Source: Spirochaetia bacterium
GTDB lineage: Bacteria > Spirochaetota > Spirochaetia > DSM-2461
Direction: 5' to 3'
Length of the DNA stretch: 64,000 nucleotides
Assembly (NCBI GenBank): GCA_963666985.2
Contig: CAXXIA010000002.1
Coordinates: 3,057,189-3,121,188 of the forward strand
The position numbers and the translations under genes are program-made. Positions 27,805 through 36,381 of this stretch are shown in pieces. The notes below the pieces were generated by a model that worked only from the letters and a program-made list of their open reading frames with translations, made no database searches and had not been told where the DNA came from. Numbering within the stretch: the first letter of the stretch is position 1; each line of letters starts with the position of its first letter.

Positions 27805-30261
27805 ATGCCCAAATGCCAAATCGTCGACCCCAAAGAGGTTCGTAAAAGCGGTAAAATTAAGTTTAACGACATTCCGGTCAATCAGTATAAAAGCGACTAC
27901 GCCAAGGAAGTGAAGACCTGGGGCGTGGAACGGCTGAAAGCGGCCTACTACCACATGCTGCTTATCCGGGAATTCGAAACGGTGATGGATTCCATCAAGA
28001 AAACCGGTGCCTACAAGGGCGTGGAATACAATCACGCGGGACCGGCGCATTTGTCCGTCGGTCAGGAAGCCGCCGCGGTCGGTCAGTCCATGGCCCTCAC
28101 TCACGAGGACTTTATTTTCGGTTCCCACCGTTCCCACGGCGAGATTCTGGCCAAGACGCTTTCGGCCGTCGTTACGATGGACGAGGCGGATCTTTTGAAC
28201 ATCATGAAGGAGTACTGGGGCGGCGAAATTCTCTCGGTTGTGGAGAAAAGCGGATCCTCGGATGTTCGGGATTTAACCGTGGACTTCATCCTCTACGGCA
28301 CCATGGCCGAAATTTTCGCGCGGAAAGCCGGCTTCAACCGGGGCTTGGGCGGTTCCATGCATACCTTCTTCCCGCCCTTCGGCTCCATGCCGAACAACGC
28401 CATCGTGGGCGGAAGCGGCGATATTTCCGTCGGAGCGGCGCTTTACAAGAGAATCAACCGGAAGCCGGGCATCGTTATCGGCAACATCGGTGATGCCGCC
28501 ATGGGCTGCGGACCGGTGTGGGAAGGCCTGATGATGGCTTCGATGGATCAGTACAAAACCCTCTGGGACAAGGAGGTGGGCGGTGCGCCTCCGGTGCTGC
28601 TGAATTTCTTCAACAATTTCTACGGCATGGGCGGTCAGCCGGTGGGCGAAACCATGGGATTCGGCATGCTGGCCCGATTGGGCGCCGGAATCAATCCCGA
28701 CAATATGCATTCCGAACGGGTGGACGGCTATAATCCGCTGGCGGTGGCCGACGCCACGGCCCGAAAGAAGAAGATTCTCCTCGCCGGCGACGGTCCTGCC
28801 ATGCTGGATGTGGTGACTTACCGGCTTTCGGGCCACAGTCCTTCGGACGCATCGAGCTACCGCACCAAGGAAGAAACCGAACTCTGGCAGGCTCAGGACT
28901 GTCTTGAAGGTTACGAGGCCTATCTGAAAAAGAACGGAGCCCTGGACGATTCGGCCATAGGCGCGTATCGGGAAACGGTGGATAAAAAGCTGATGGATAC
29001 GTTCCTGAAAGCCATCGATTTGAAGATTTCACCGCGGCCCGAAGGACGCTTTATCGAGTCGGTTATGTTCTCCAACCAAAAAGTGGAGGCCTTCGACGAC
29101 AGAGAGCCTGAAATGCTCCAGAAGCCGGAAGACAATGAGCGGGTGAAGAGTCTGAAGAAGAAGATCCGGAGTGCCAAGGACGAGAACGGCAAGCCGGTGA
29201 GTTCCGCCAAGCTGTTCGCGTTCCGGGATGCGCTTTTCGAGGCCATGATTCACCGTTATTCCATCGATCCGACTCTGGCGGCCTGGGGCGAGGAAAACCG
29301 GGACTGGGGCGGAGCTTTCGCGGTTTACAGAGGGCTCACCGAAGCGATTCCCTACCACCGGCTGTTCAATTCTCCGATTTCCGAAGGCGCCATCGTCGGC
29401 GCGGGCGTGGGGTATGCCCTCTCGGGCGGCCGGGCGGTTGTGGAACTGATGTACTGCGACTTCCTGGGCCGGGCCGGGGACGAGGTGTTCAACCAGATGT
29501 CCAAGTGGCAGAGCATGAGCGCCGGTGTTCTGAAAATGCCTCTGACTCTGCGGGTTTCGGTGGGCGCCAAGTACGGGGCGCAGCATGCTCAGGACTGGAC
29601 CTCCCTGGTGGCTCATATCCCCGGACTGAAAGTCTATTTCCCGGCGACTCCCACGGACGCCAAGGGTATGCTGAACCTGGCCCTTTCCGGCACCGATCCG
29701 GTGGTGTTCCTGGAGAGCCAGAGACTCTACGGCATCGGAGAAGAGTTCGAACCGGGCGGTGTCCCCGAGGGCTATTACGAAACCCCCGAAGGTGTTCCCG
29801 CGGTGCGGAAGCAGGGAAAGGATCTGACGATCATCACTTTGGGCGCGACGCTTTACACGGCGCTGAAGGCCGCGGACACGTTGGCCGAAACATACGGGGT
29901 GGACGCCGAGGTTATCGATATGCGCTTCGTGAATCCGCTGAATTACGATGTTCTGGCCGAATCGGTGAAAAAGACCGGCCGGGTGATTTTGGCTTCCGAC
30001 GCGGTGGAGCGGGGCAACTATCTGCAGACCGTGGCCAACAATTTGAGCCAGATCTGCTTCGACTCTCTGGATGCCCCGCCGGTGGTGCTGGGGTCACGCA
30101 ACTGGATTTCTCCGGCGGCGGAAATGGAGAGCGACTTCTTTCCGCAGAGCGAATGGCTTATAGACCTGGTGCATGAGCGGATTCTTCCTCTTAAGGGTCA
30201 TGTTCCCACAACGGTACAGACCATCGGCGAACTGATTCGCCGGGAGAGGAGCGGCGTGTGA
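27805..30261 (+). CDS. ThDP-dependent dehydrogenase E1 with fused alpha and beta subunits (acetoin/2-oxoacid dehydrogenase-like)
   Basis: Alpha: [23 protein letters not shown]...NN ThDP motif, YRLSGHS. Beta: GEE, SPISEG, ELMYCDF, AQH, IDMR. Start MPKCQ after AAGGAG. Confidence 0.92.
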   Translation: MPKCQIVDPKEVRKSGKIKFNDIPVNQYKSDYAKEVKTWGVERLKAAYYHMLLIREFETVMDSIKKTGAYKGVEYNHAGPAHLSVGQEAAAVGQSMALTHEDFIFGSHRSHGEILAKTLSAVVTMDEADLLNIMKEYWGGEILSVVEKSGSSDVRDLTVDFILYGTMAEIFARKAGFNRGLGGSMHTFFPPFGSMPNNAIVGGSGDISVGAALYKRINRKPGIVIGNIGDAAMGCGPVWEGLMMASMDQYKTLWDKEVGGAPPVLLNFFNNFYGMGGQPVGETMGFGMLARLGAGINPDNMHSERVDGYNPLAVADATARKKKILLAGDGPAMLDVVTYRLSGHSPSDASSYRTKEETELWQAQDCLEGYEAYLKKNGALDDSAIGAYRETVDKKLMDTFLKAIDLKISPRPEGRFIESVMFSNQKVEAFDDREPEMLQKPEDNERVKSLKKKIRSAKDENGKPVSSAKLFAFRDALFEAMIHRYSIDPTLAAWGEENRDWGGAFAVYRGLTEAIPYHRLFNSPISEGAIVGAGVGYALSGGRAVVELMYCDFLGRAGDEVFNQMSKWQSMSAGVLKMPLTLRVSVGAKYGAQHAQDWTSLVAHIPGLKVYFPATPTDAKGMLNLALSGTDPVVFLESQRLYGIGEEFEPGGVPEGYYETPEGVPAVRKQGKDLTIITLGATLYTALKAADTLAETYGVDAEVIDMRFVNPLNYDVLAESVKKTGRVILASDAVERGNYLQTVANNLSQICFDSLDAPPVVLGSRNWISPAAEMESDFFPQSEWLIDLVHERILPLKGHVPTTVQTIGELIRRERSGV

Positions 30262-31595
30262 GCAGCAAGGCCGAACTGGAGGCTTTGAGACTCGACGGGA
30301 GCGACGCGGCCTCCCGGCTGGCGCGGCTGGAGGAAAAGCTGGCGGCGGATCGCACGGCGGGGTTCGCTCCGCCGAAGACCGGCGAGGTGAACAACCATAT
30401 CCACACGAGTTACTCTTTCAGTCCTTATTCGCCCGCCGAGGCGGCCTACGGCGCCTGGCGGGCCGGGCTGGAAGCGGCCGGGATTGTGGACCATGAATCG
30501 GTTTCCGGCTGCGCCGAAATGAGTGAAGCCGGAAAACGGATCGGTCTGGGCGTAACCTCGGGCTGCGAGCTTCGGGTGGATGCCGCCGGGACGCCGCTTG
30601 AGGGCCGCCGGATTAACAATCCGGACTCGCTGGGGCTGCTGTACATGGTGATTCACGGCATCCCGAAAAGCGGCCTGGCCGAAGTGGACGCGTACCTGGC
30701 GAAAATCCGGAAATCCCGGAACGCGAGAATGCGGGACCAGACCGCGGCGCTGAACGGTATTCTGGCCGAAGCGGGACTGCCGATCCTGGATTTCGATGAC
30801 GATGTGGCGGCGATTTCCAGGAGTGCCGAGGGCGGCAGCATCACCGAACGGCACATCCTTTTCGCTCTGGCGAAAAAGGCGGCGGATGCCTACGGACGCG
30901 GAGAAACGCTGGTCGGAATGCTGGATTCGGCTTTCGGGCTCTCGGTGCCGCCGGTTATCGCTCAGCGTCTTTCCGATCCGGAGAATCCCCATTTTCTCTA
31001 CGATCTTCTGGGTCTGTTTAAAGGATCTCTGGTGCCGCGATTCTTCCGGCAGCCGGATTCCGTTGAGTGTCCGCCGGCGGCCGAAGCGACCGCCCTGGCC
31101 GCTCGGGTGGGCGCCATTCCCGCTTATCCTTATCTGGGCGATGTGGGCGAGTCTCCCACGGGCGATAAGAAGGCCGAGAAGTATGAGGACGATTGGCTGG
31201 AAGAACTGTTTGAGGTTCTGCCCGAGATGGGCTATAAGGCCGTAACCTACATGCCTCCGCGGAATACGAAAGAGCAGCTTTCGCGGGTGAAGGATTTCTG
31301 CGGCAAAAAGGGCCTGATGCAGATCTCCGGCGTGGATATCAATTCTTCGCGGCAGGATTTTCGGTGCCCCGAAGTAACCGATCCCGATTTCGTGCATTTG
31401 AACGACAGCACGTGGGCCCTGATTGCCCATGAACATCTTTCGAATCACGGCGGTCCGGGGCTCTTCGACGAGGCTTCGCCCATGAAGGACGCGCCTTTGG
31501 AAATTCGGCTGGATATTTACGCGAGAATCGGCCGGCGAATGGATCCTTCGCATCCGGAAACCATTCTCGCCGCGGCCAAACGGGAGGGCTTATGA
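30258..31595 (+). CDS. PHP-domain metalloenzyme (phosphoesterase-like, function unknown)
   Basis: [29 protein letters not shown] start overlaps the E1 stop and its stop overlaps the SDR start. Confidence 0.8.
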   Translation: MSSKAELEALRLDGSDAASRLARLEEKLAADRTAGFAPPKTGEVNNHIHTSYSFSPYSPAEAAYGAWRAGLEAAGIVDHESVSGCAEMSEAGKRIGLGVTSGCELRVDAAGTPLEGRRINNPDSLGLLYMVIHGIPKSGLAEVDAYLAKIRKSRNARMRDQTAALNGILAEAGLPILDFDDDVAAISRSAEGGSITERHILFALAKKAADAYGRGETLVGMLDSAFGLSVPPVIAQRLSDPENPHFLYDLLGLFKGSLVPRFFRQPDSVECPPAAEATALAARVGAIPAYPYLGDVGESPTGDKKAEKYEDDWLEELFEVLPEMGYKAVTYMPPRNTKEQLSRVKDFCGKKGLMQISGVDINSSRQDFRCPEVTDPDFVHLNDSTWALIAHEHLSNHGGPGLFDEASPMKDAPLEIRLDIYARIGRRMDPSHPETILAAAKREGL

Positions 31596-32794
31596 ATCGA
31601 TTGATTTTAACTCCGATACTCCGCGGGGCCTATATGGAAGCCCTCAAGGGGCCTGTTTTCCTTCTTTTCAGCGAGACTGAAAATACCGATCTGCCCGAGC
31701 TCGTTCTCGGAGGAGACGGCGGACGCCGAATGAAAGAGGACTTTTCCTCCGGCGAAGTCTATACCGCCGAAAACCGGGAGTGGGAACGGAAAATAGGAAA
31801 ACAGGCCCGGGACGCTCTGGCCGCGATGAAGGACGCCGACGGTTTACTGCCCGCCGGCGTTCGTGTCTCGGGTTTGGGGAGCTTTTATGCCGGAAGAACT
31901 TGGGAAGAGGCCGAGGCTCATCGCCGCGGCGCGGCCGGCCGTTTGCCTGAGGCGGCATGTTCCGGACGGGCCGATGTTGTTCGGGGGCGTATCGCGTTGG
32001 TAACGGGAGGCGCTCAAGGCTTCGGCGCGGAAATAGCCCGGGGGCTGGCGGATGAAGGAGCCTTTGTGTTCGTGGCGGACATCAACGCCGAGGGCGCCGA
32101 AGCTTTCGCCGCGGAACTGAACGGAACGGGAGCCAAACGGGCCGCCGCCGTGGCCGCGGATGTGTCGGATGAGGATTCCATTCGGGCCATGGCCGACTCC
32201 GTGGTCGCCGAGGCCGGGGGGCTGGATCTTCTGGTGAGCAACGCCGGCGTGCTTCGCGCCGGGTCGGTTCTGGAACAGCCCGCTCGGGATTTCGATTTCG
32301 TTACACAAATCAATTACAGCGCCTTTTTTATGGTGGTGAAGCACTGCGCTCCGGTGATGATTCGGCAGAGATCGGCGTGTCCGTCGCGAAGAAGCGACAT
32401 TCTGCAAATCAATTCCAAGAGCGGCTTGGCGGGGTCGAATAAAAACGGCGCTTATGCCGGCGGAAAGTTCGGAGGAATCGGCTTGGTGCAGAGCTTCGCC
32501 ATGGAACTGGTGGAGTACGGAATCAAGGTGAACGCGGTCTGCCCCGGCAACTTCTTCGACGGACCTTTGTGGTCCGATCCTCAAAAAGGGCTTTTCGTTC
32601 AGTACTTGAACACGGGGAAGGTGCCCGGTGCGAAGAGCGTGGCCGATGTGAAGAGATTTTACGAGGCGAAAGTGCCCATGGGACGAGGATGCGAAGGCGC
32701 GGACGTGCTGCGGGCCATCCTTTACTGCGTTGAGCAGGAATATGAAACGGGTCAGGCCGTGCCGGTTACAGGCGGTCAGATTATGCTGAAATAG
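31592..32794 (+). CDS. SDR oxidoreductase, sorbitol-6-phosphate dehydrogenase (SrlD/SorD)-like, with ~130-aa N-terminal extension
   Basis: TGGAQGFG, SNAG, QINSKSG, YAGGKFGG, QSFAMEL, VPMGRGC, TGQAVPVTGGQ. Confidence 0.87.
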   Translation: MNRLILTPILRGAYMEALKGPVFLLFSETENTDLPELVLGGDGGRRMKEDFSSGEVYTAENREWERKIGKQARDALAAMKDADGLLPAGVRVSGLGSFYAGRTWEEAEAHRRGAAGRLPEAACSGRADVVRGRIALVTGGAQGFGAEIARGLADEGAFVFVADINAEGAEAFAAELNGTGAKRAAAVAADVSDEDSIRAMADSVVAEAGGLDLLVSNAGVLRAGSVLEQPARDFDFVTQINYSAFFMVVKHCAPVMIRQRSACPSRRSDILQINSKSGLAGSNKNGAYAGGKFGGIGLVQSFAMELVEYGIKVNAVCPGNFFDGPLWSDPQKGLFVQYLNTGKVPGAKSVADVKRFYEAKVPMGRGCEGADVLRAILYCVEQEYETGQAVPVTGGQIMLK

Positions 32795-32810
32795 CTCGCC
32801 GAAGCGGTCC

Positions 32811-32910
32811 TTTGGCCTTAATGCGGCGCCGGGGAATTGATTGAATTGCTCACGTGCCGGAGCACGCTGCGCTTTTTTCGCCGGATTCCCCGGCCTGCCT
32901 TTAGGCCAAA
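32811..32910. repeat. Second palindromic intergenic element related to 26149-26309
   Basis: Nested arms TTTGGCCT/AGGCCAAA and GCCGGGGAAT/ATTCCCCGGC around core GCTCA-CGTGC-CGGA-GCACG-CTGCGCTTT. Confidence 0.65.
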
Positions 32911-32970
32911 TCGCTTGCTTGGGCAAACTGCTTGTTGCTGGTGAATGAAGGAAATATAAGGAGTAGTGAA

Positions 32971-34239
32971 ATGAAAACCAATGCGGTTCGAATGTACGGA
33001 AAGGAAGATCTTCGGCTCGAAGAGTTCGAACTTCCCGAGATGAAGGACGATGAGATACTGGCGCACATCATTTCCGACAGTATCTGTATGAGTACCTATA
33101 AAGCCGCCGAACAGGGAACGGCTCATAAGCGTGTTCCGGCGAATATCGCCGAAGAGCCCGTTATGATCGGTCATGAATTCTGCGGCCGGATTCTCAAAGT
33201 GGGATCCAAGTGGGCCGGGAAATACAAGGAAGGCGACAAGTTCACCATTCAGCCGGCGCTGAACTACAAAGGGAGTCTGGATGCTCCCGGATACAGCTTC
33301 CGGTGGATCGGCGGAGCGGCCACCGACATCCTCATTCCCAATGAGGTGATGGAGATGGACTGCCTTCTGCCTTACGACCAGGAAGCATATTACTTCGGCA
33401 GCCTTTCGGAACCCATGAGCTGCATCGTGGGCGCTTTCCGCGCCAGCTATCATGTTCCGCAGGGAACTTACAATCATCAGATGGGTCTCAAACCCGGCGG
33501 TACGATGGCCATTCTGGCCGGCGCCGGTCCCATGGGACTGGGCGCGGTTGATTTGGCTCTTCACGGCGATATCAAGCCGCGAAAACTGGTGGTGACCGAT
33601 ATCGACGATGCGCGGCTTGCGCGCGCCGAGTCCCTCTTTCCCGCATCCGAGGCGGAAAAAGTCGGCGTGGAATTGGTTTATATGAACACCGCCAAAGTCG
33701 ACGATCCGGTGGCCGCTTTAAAGGCGCAGGCCGGTTCGGACGGATTCGACGATGTCTTCGTTATGGCGCCCGTCGCTCCGGTTATCGAACAGGCGGACCG
33801 CATTCTGGGTAAGGACGGCTGCATGAATTTTTTCGCCGGTCCCACAAATCCCGAATTCACGGCGAAGGTCAACTTTTACGACGTTCACTATGCTTTCCAT
33901 CACATCGTCGGAACCAGCGGCGGAAACACCGAAGATATGATGATTTCCTTGGAAATGATGAGAATCGGACGTATTGACCCCTCCATCATGATTACTCATG
34001 TCGGCGGATTGAATTCGGTGATTGAGACCACGCTGAATCTGCCGAAGATTCCCGGCGGCAAAAAGCTCATTTACACGAACGTGAAGCTGCCGCTCGTCGC
34101 CATTGAGGATTTTGCCGAAAAGGGAAAAAGCGATCCGTTCTGGGCGGCCCTCGCGGAGATTACCGGGAAGAACAACGGGATTTGGAACGCGGAAGCGGAG
34201 GCTTATCTTCTGGCGAACGCTCCGGCCATCTGCGGCTGA
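32971..34239 (+). CDS. L-sorbose-1-phosphate reductase (SorE)-like MDR dehydrogenase
   Basis: DSICMSTYK, IGHEFCG, IQPALN, APGYS, EPMSC, GAGPMG, NFFAGP, GTSGG, THVGGL, PGGKKLIY; no structural-Zn Cys cluster, as in SorE-like proteins. Confidence 0.85.
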   Translation: MKTNAVRMYGKEDLRLEEFELPEMKDDEILAHIISDSICMSTYKAAEQGTAHKRVPANIAEEPVMIGHEFCGRILKVGSKWAGKYKEGDKFTIQPALNYKGSLDAPGYSFRWIGGAATDILIPNEVMEMDCLLPYDQEAYYFGSLSEPMSCIVGAFRASYHVPQGTYNHQMGLKPGGTMAILAGAGPMGLGAVDLALHGDIKPRKLVVTDIDDARLARAESLFPASEAEKVGVELVYMNTAKVDDPVAALKAQAGSDGFDDVFVMAPVAPVIEQADRILGKDGCMNFFAGPTNPEFTAKVNFYDVHYAFHHIVGTSGGNTEDMMISLEMMRIGRIDPSIMITHVGGLNSVIETTLNLPKIPGGKKLIYTNVKLPLVAIEDFAEKGKSDPFWAALAEITGKNNGIWNAEAEAYLLANAPAICG

Positions 34240-34380
34240 AAAATCGGAGAATATCCCAAGGCGGCCGGAAAAATTTATACCTCCGGTTTCGGCTATATCA
34301 TGAGATAATTGTTTACGGCGGATTCTTTAAAGGACCGCCGTGAATGTTTTAATAACTGATTTTTTCGGAGGAATTCTTAT

Positions 34381-36183
34381 ATGAAGTTCAAAGCGGCGAA
34401 AACAGGAGAATGGCGTTATACCGGCGGAAGGCCTAAAATCGGCATCAGACCGACGATCGACGGACGTCTCGGCGGCGTTCGGGAGAGTCTGGAAGATCAG
34501 ACGATGAGCATGGCCAAAGCCGCCGCCGATCTTATCTCCGGGAAATTAAAGTATATCGACGGAACACCGGTGGAATGCGTTATCGCGGAGAGCTGCATCG
34601 GCGGTGTCGCCGAGGCTTCTGCCTGTCAGGCCAAGTTTGAAGCCTCCGGAGTCGGCGCCACTCTCACGGTAACGCCCTGCTGGTGTTACGGTTCGGAAAC
34701 CATGGATATGGATCCCAAGACTCCCAAGGCCGTTTGGGGATTCAACGGGACCGAGCGGCCCGGTGCCGTTTATTTGGCCGCCGTTCTTGCCGCCCATGCT
34801 CAGAAGGGGCTTCCCGCGTTCGGAATCTACGGGCGGAACGTGCAGGATTCAAGCGACACAAGCCTTCCCGCCGACGTGGAAGAGAAAATTTTAAGGTTCG
34901 CCAGGGCCGCCGTGGCTTTCGCCACCATGCGAGGCAAAAGCTATCTTTCCATCGGTTCTGTGTCCATGGGCATCGCCGGCTGCATTGTCGATGAAAGTTT
35001 CTTCCAGAATTATCTCGGCATGCGCAACGAGTACGTGGACATGAGTGAAATCGGCAGGCGCATCAGGGAAGAAATTTACGATACCGCGGAATACGAGCGG
35101 GCCCGTGCCTGGGTGAAGGAAAACTTGAAGATCGGGGCCGATCCCAATCCCGCCGACCAGCGGCATTCACCGGAACGGAAAGAGGCCGAATGGGACGAAT
35201 CGGTAAAGATGGCCCTTATCGCGAAGGATCTGATGAGCGGAAATCCGGCGCTGGCCGAAAAAGGTTTCGGCGAAGAGGCCCACGGACACAACGCCATCGC
35301 CGCGGGTTTTCAGGGACAGCGGCAATGGACCGATTGGAGAGCCAACGGCGATTTCATGGAGACCATGGCCAACACCAGTTTCGACTGGGACGGATTCCGG
35401 CAGCCTTACATCCTGGCCACGGAGAACGACACCCTGAACGGCATTACCATGCTGTTCGGGCATCTCTTAACGAATACGGCTCAGATTTTCAGCGATGTAC
35501 GCACCTTCTGGAGCCCCGAAGCCGTGGAACGCGTTACGGGACATAAGCTCGGCGGCCGGGGTGAGGGAGGACTGATCCACCTGATCAATTCCGGCTCCAC
35601 CTGTCTTGACGGTACCGGCGAGCAGACCGTAAACGGAACGCCGGGCATCAAGCCTTTCTGGGAGATTACCGAAGCGGAAGCCGAAGCCTGTGTGAAGGCC
35701 ACGAATTTTTGTCCCGGAAATTTAGGCTATTTCCGCGGCGGCGGCTATTCCTCCGATTTCCTTACCAAAGGGAATATGCCCTGCACCATGAGCCGTCTGA
35801 ACTTGATTAAAGGGCAGGGACCGATCCTGCAGATCGCCGAGGGCTGGACCGTGGAAATCCCGGGTGAGGTTCATGATAAGCTCGACAAGCGAACCGATCC
35901 CACCTGGCCGACCACTTGGTTTTCGCCTCGCCTTACGGGCACGGGGAATTTCAAGGATGTCTATTCGGTCATGGCCGCCTGGGGCGCCAATCACGGAGCC
36001 GTCAGTTACGGACATATCGGCGCCGATTTGATTTCCCTGGCGGCGATGCTCCGTATTCCGGTTTCCATGCACAATGTCGCAGATGAAGCGATTTTCCGTC
36101 CGGCCGCCTGGAATCACTTCGGTCAGGATAAGGAAGGAGCCGATTTCAGGGCCTGCGCGAACTTCGGCCCGATGTATAAATAG
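34381..36183 (+). CDS. fucI: L-fucose isomerase (also D-arabinose isomerase)
   Basis: [63 protein letters not shown]. Confidence 0.96.
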   Translation: MKFKAAKTGEWRYTGGRPKIGIRPTIDGRLGGVRESLEDQTMSMAKAAADLISGKLKYIDGTPVECVIAESCIGGVAEASACQAKFEASGVGATLTVTPCWCYGSETMDMDPKTPKAVWGFNGTERPGAVYLAAVLAAHAQKGLPAFGIYGRNVQDSSDTSLPADVEEKILRFARAAVAFATMRGKSYLSIGSVSMGIAGCIVDESFFQNYLGMRNEYVDMSEIGRRIREEIYDTAEYERARAWVKENLKIGADPNPADQRHSPERKEAEWDESVKMALIAKDLMSGNPALAEKGFGEEAHGHNAIAAGFQGQRQWTDWRANGDFMETMANTSFDWDGFRQPYILATENDTLNGITMLFGHLLTNTAQIFSDVRTFWSPEAVERVTGHKLGGRGEGGLIHLINSGSTCLDGTGEQTVNGTPGIKPFWEITEAEAEACVKATNFCPGNLGYFRGGGYSSDFLTKGNMPCTMSRLNLIKGQGPILQIAEGWTVEIPGEVHDKLDKRTDPTWPTTWFSPRLTGTGNFKDVYSVMAAWGANHGAVSYGHIGADLISLAAMLRIPVSMHNVADEAIFRPAAWNHFGQDKEGADFRACANFGPMYK

Positions 36184-36381
36184 ATTTTTCTTCTCCGGGG
36201 CGGCCTGCTGACGATAAGTGCCGCCTTGGGGATCACGGGGGCGTACCGCGTAACCGCGTAAATATCAGTGTGCTGACGTCGGAAACGGACAGCTTTGAGA
36301 ACGTACCGGACATCTGCGCGGAAGACTGCACGGCAGTGAGGTACGCCCCGATCAATATTCCACAATTCCGGGAGAACCGTA

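Noticed and set aside
24706..30261. Calling the complex housekeeping pyruvate dehydrogenase (pdhABCD) or acoABCL
   Set aside because: Motifs establish the family but not the substrate; the sugar-operon context and motif deviations argue against assigning those symbols.
30198..32926. 451-aa and 360-aa minus-strand ORFs
   Set aside because: Antisense to the PHP and SDR genes, which have clear motifs and coupled starts.
36208..36290. CTGACGA followed later by GAAA, a possible hammerhead ribozyme core
   Set aside because: No stem II closes between CTGACGA and GAAA, and no matching stems I/III or cleavage triplet could be built.
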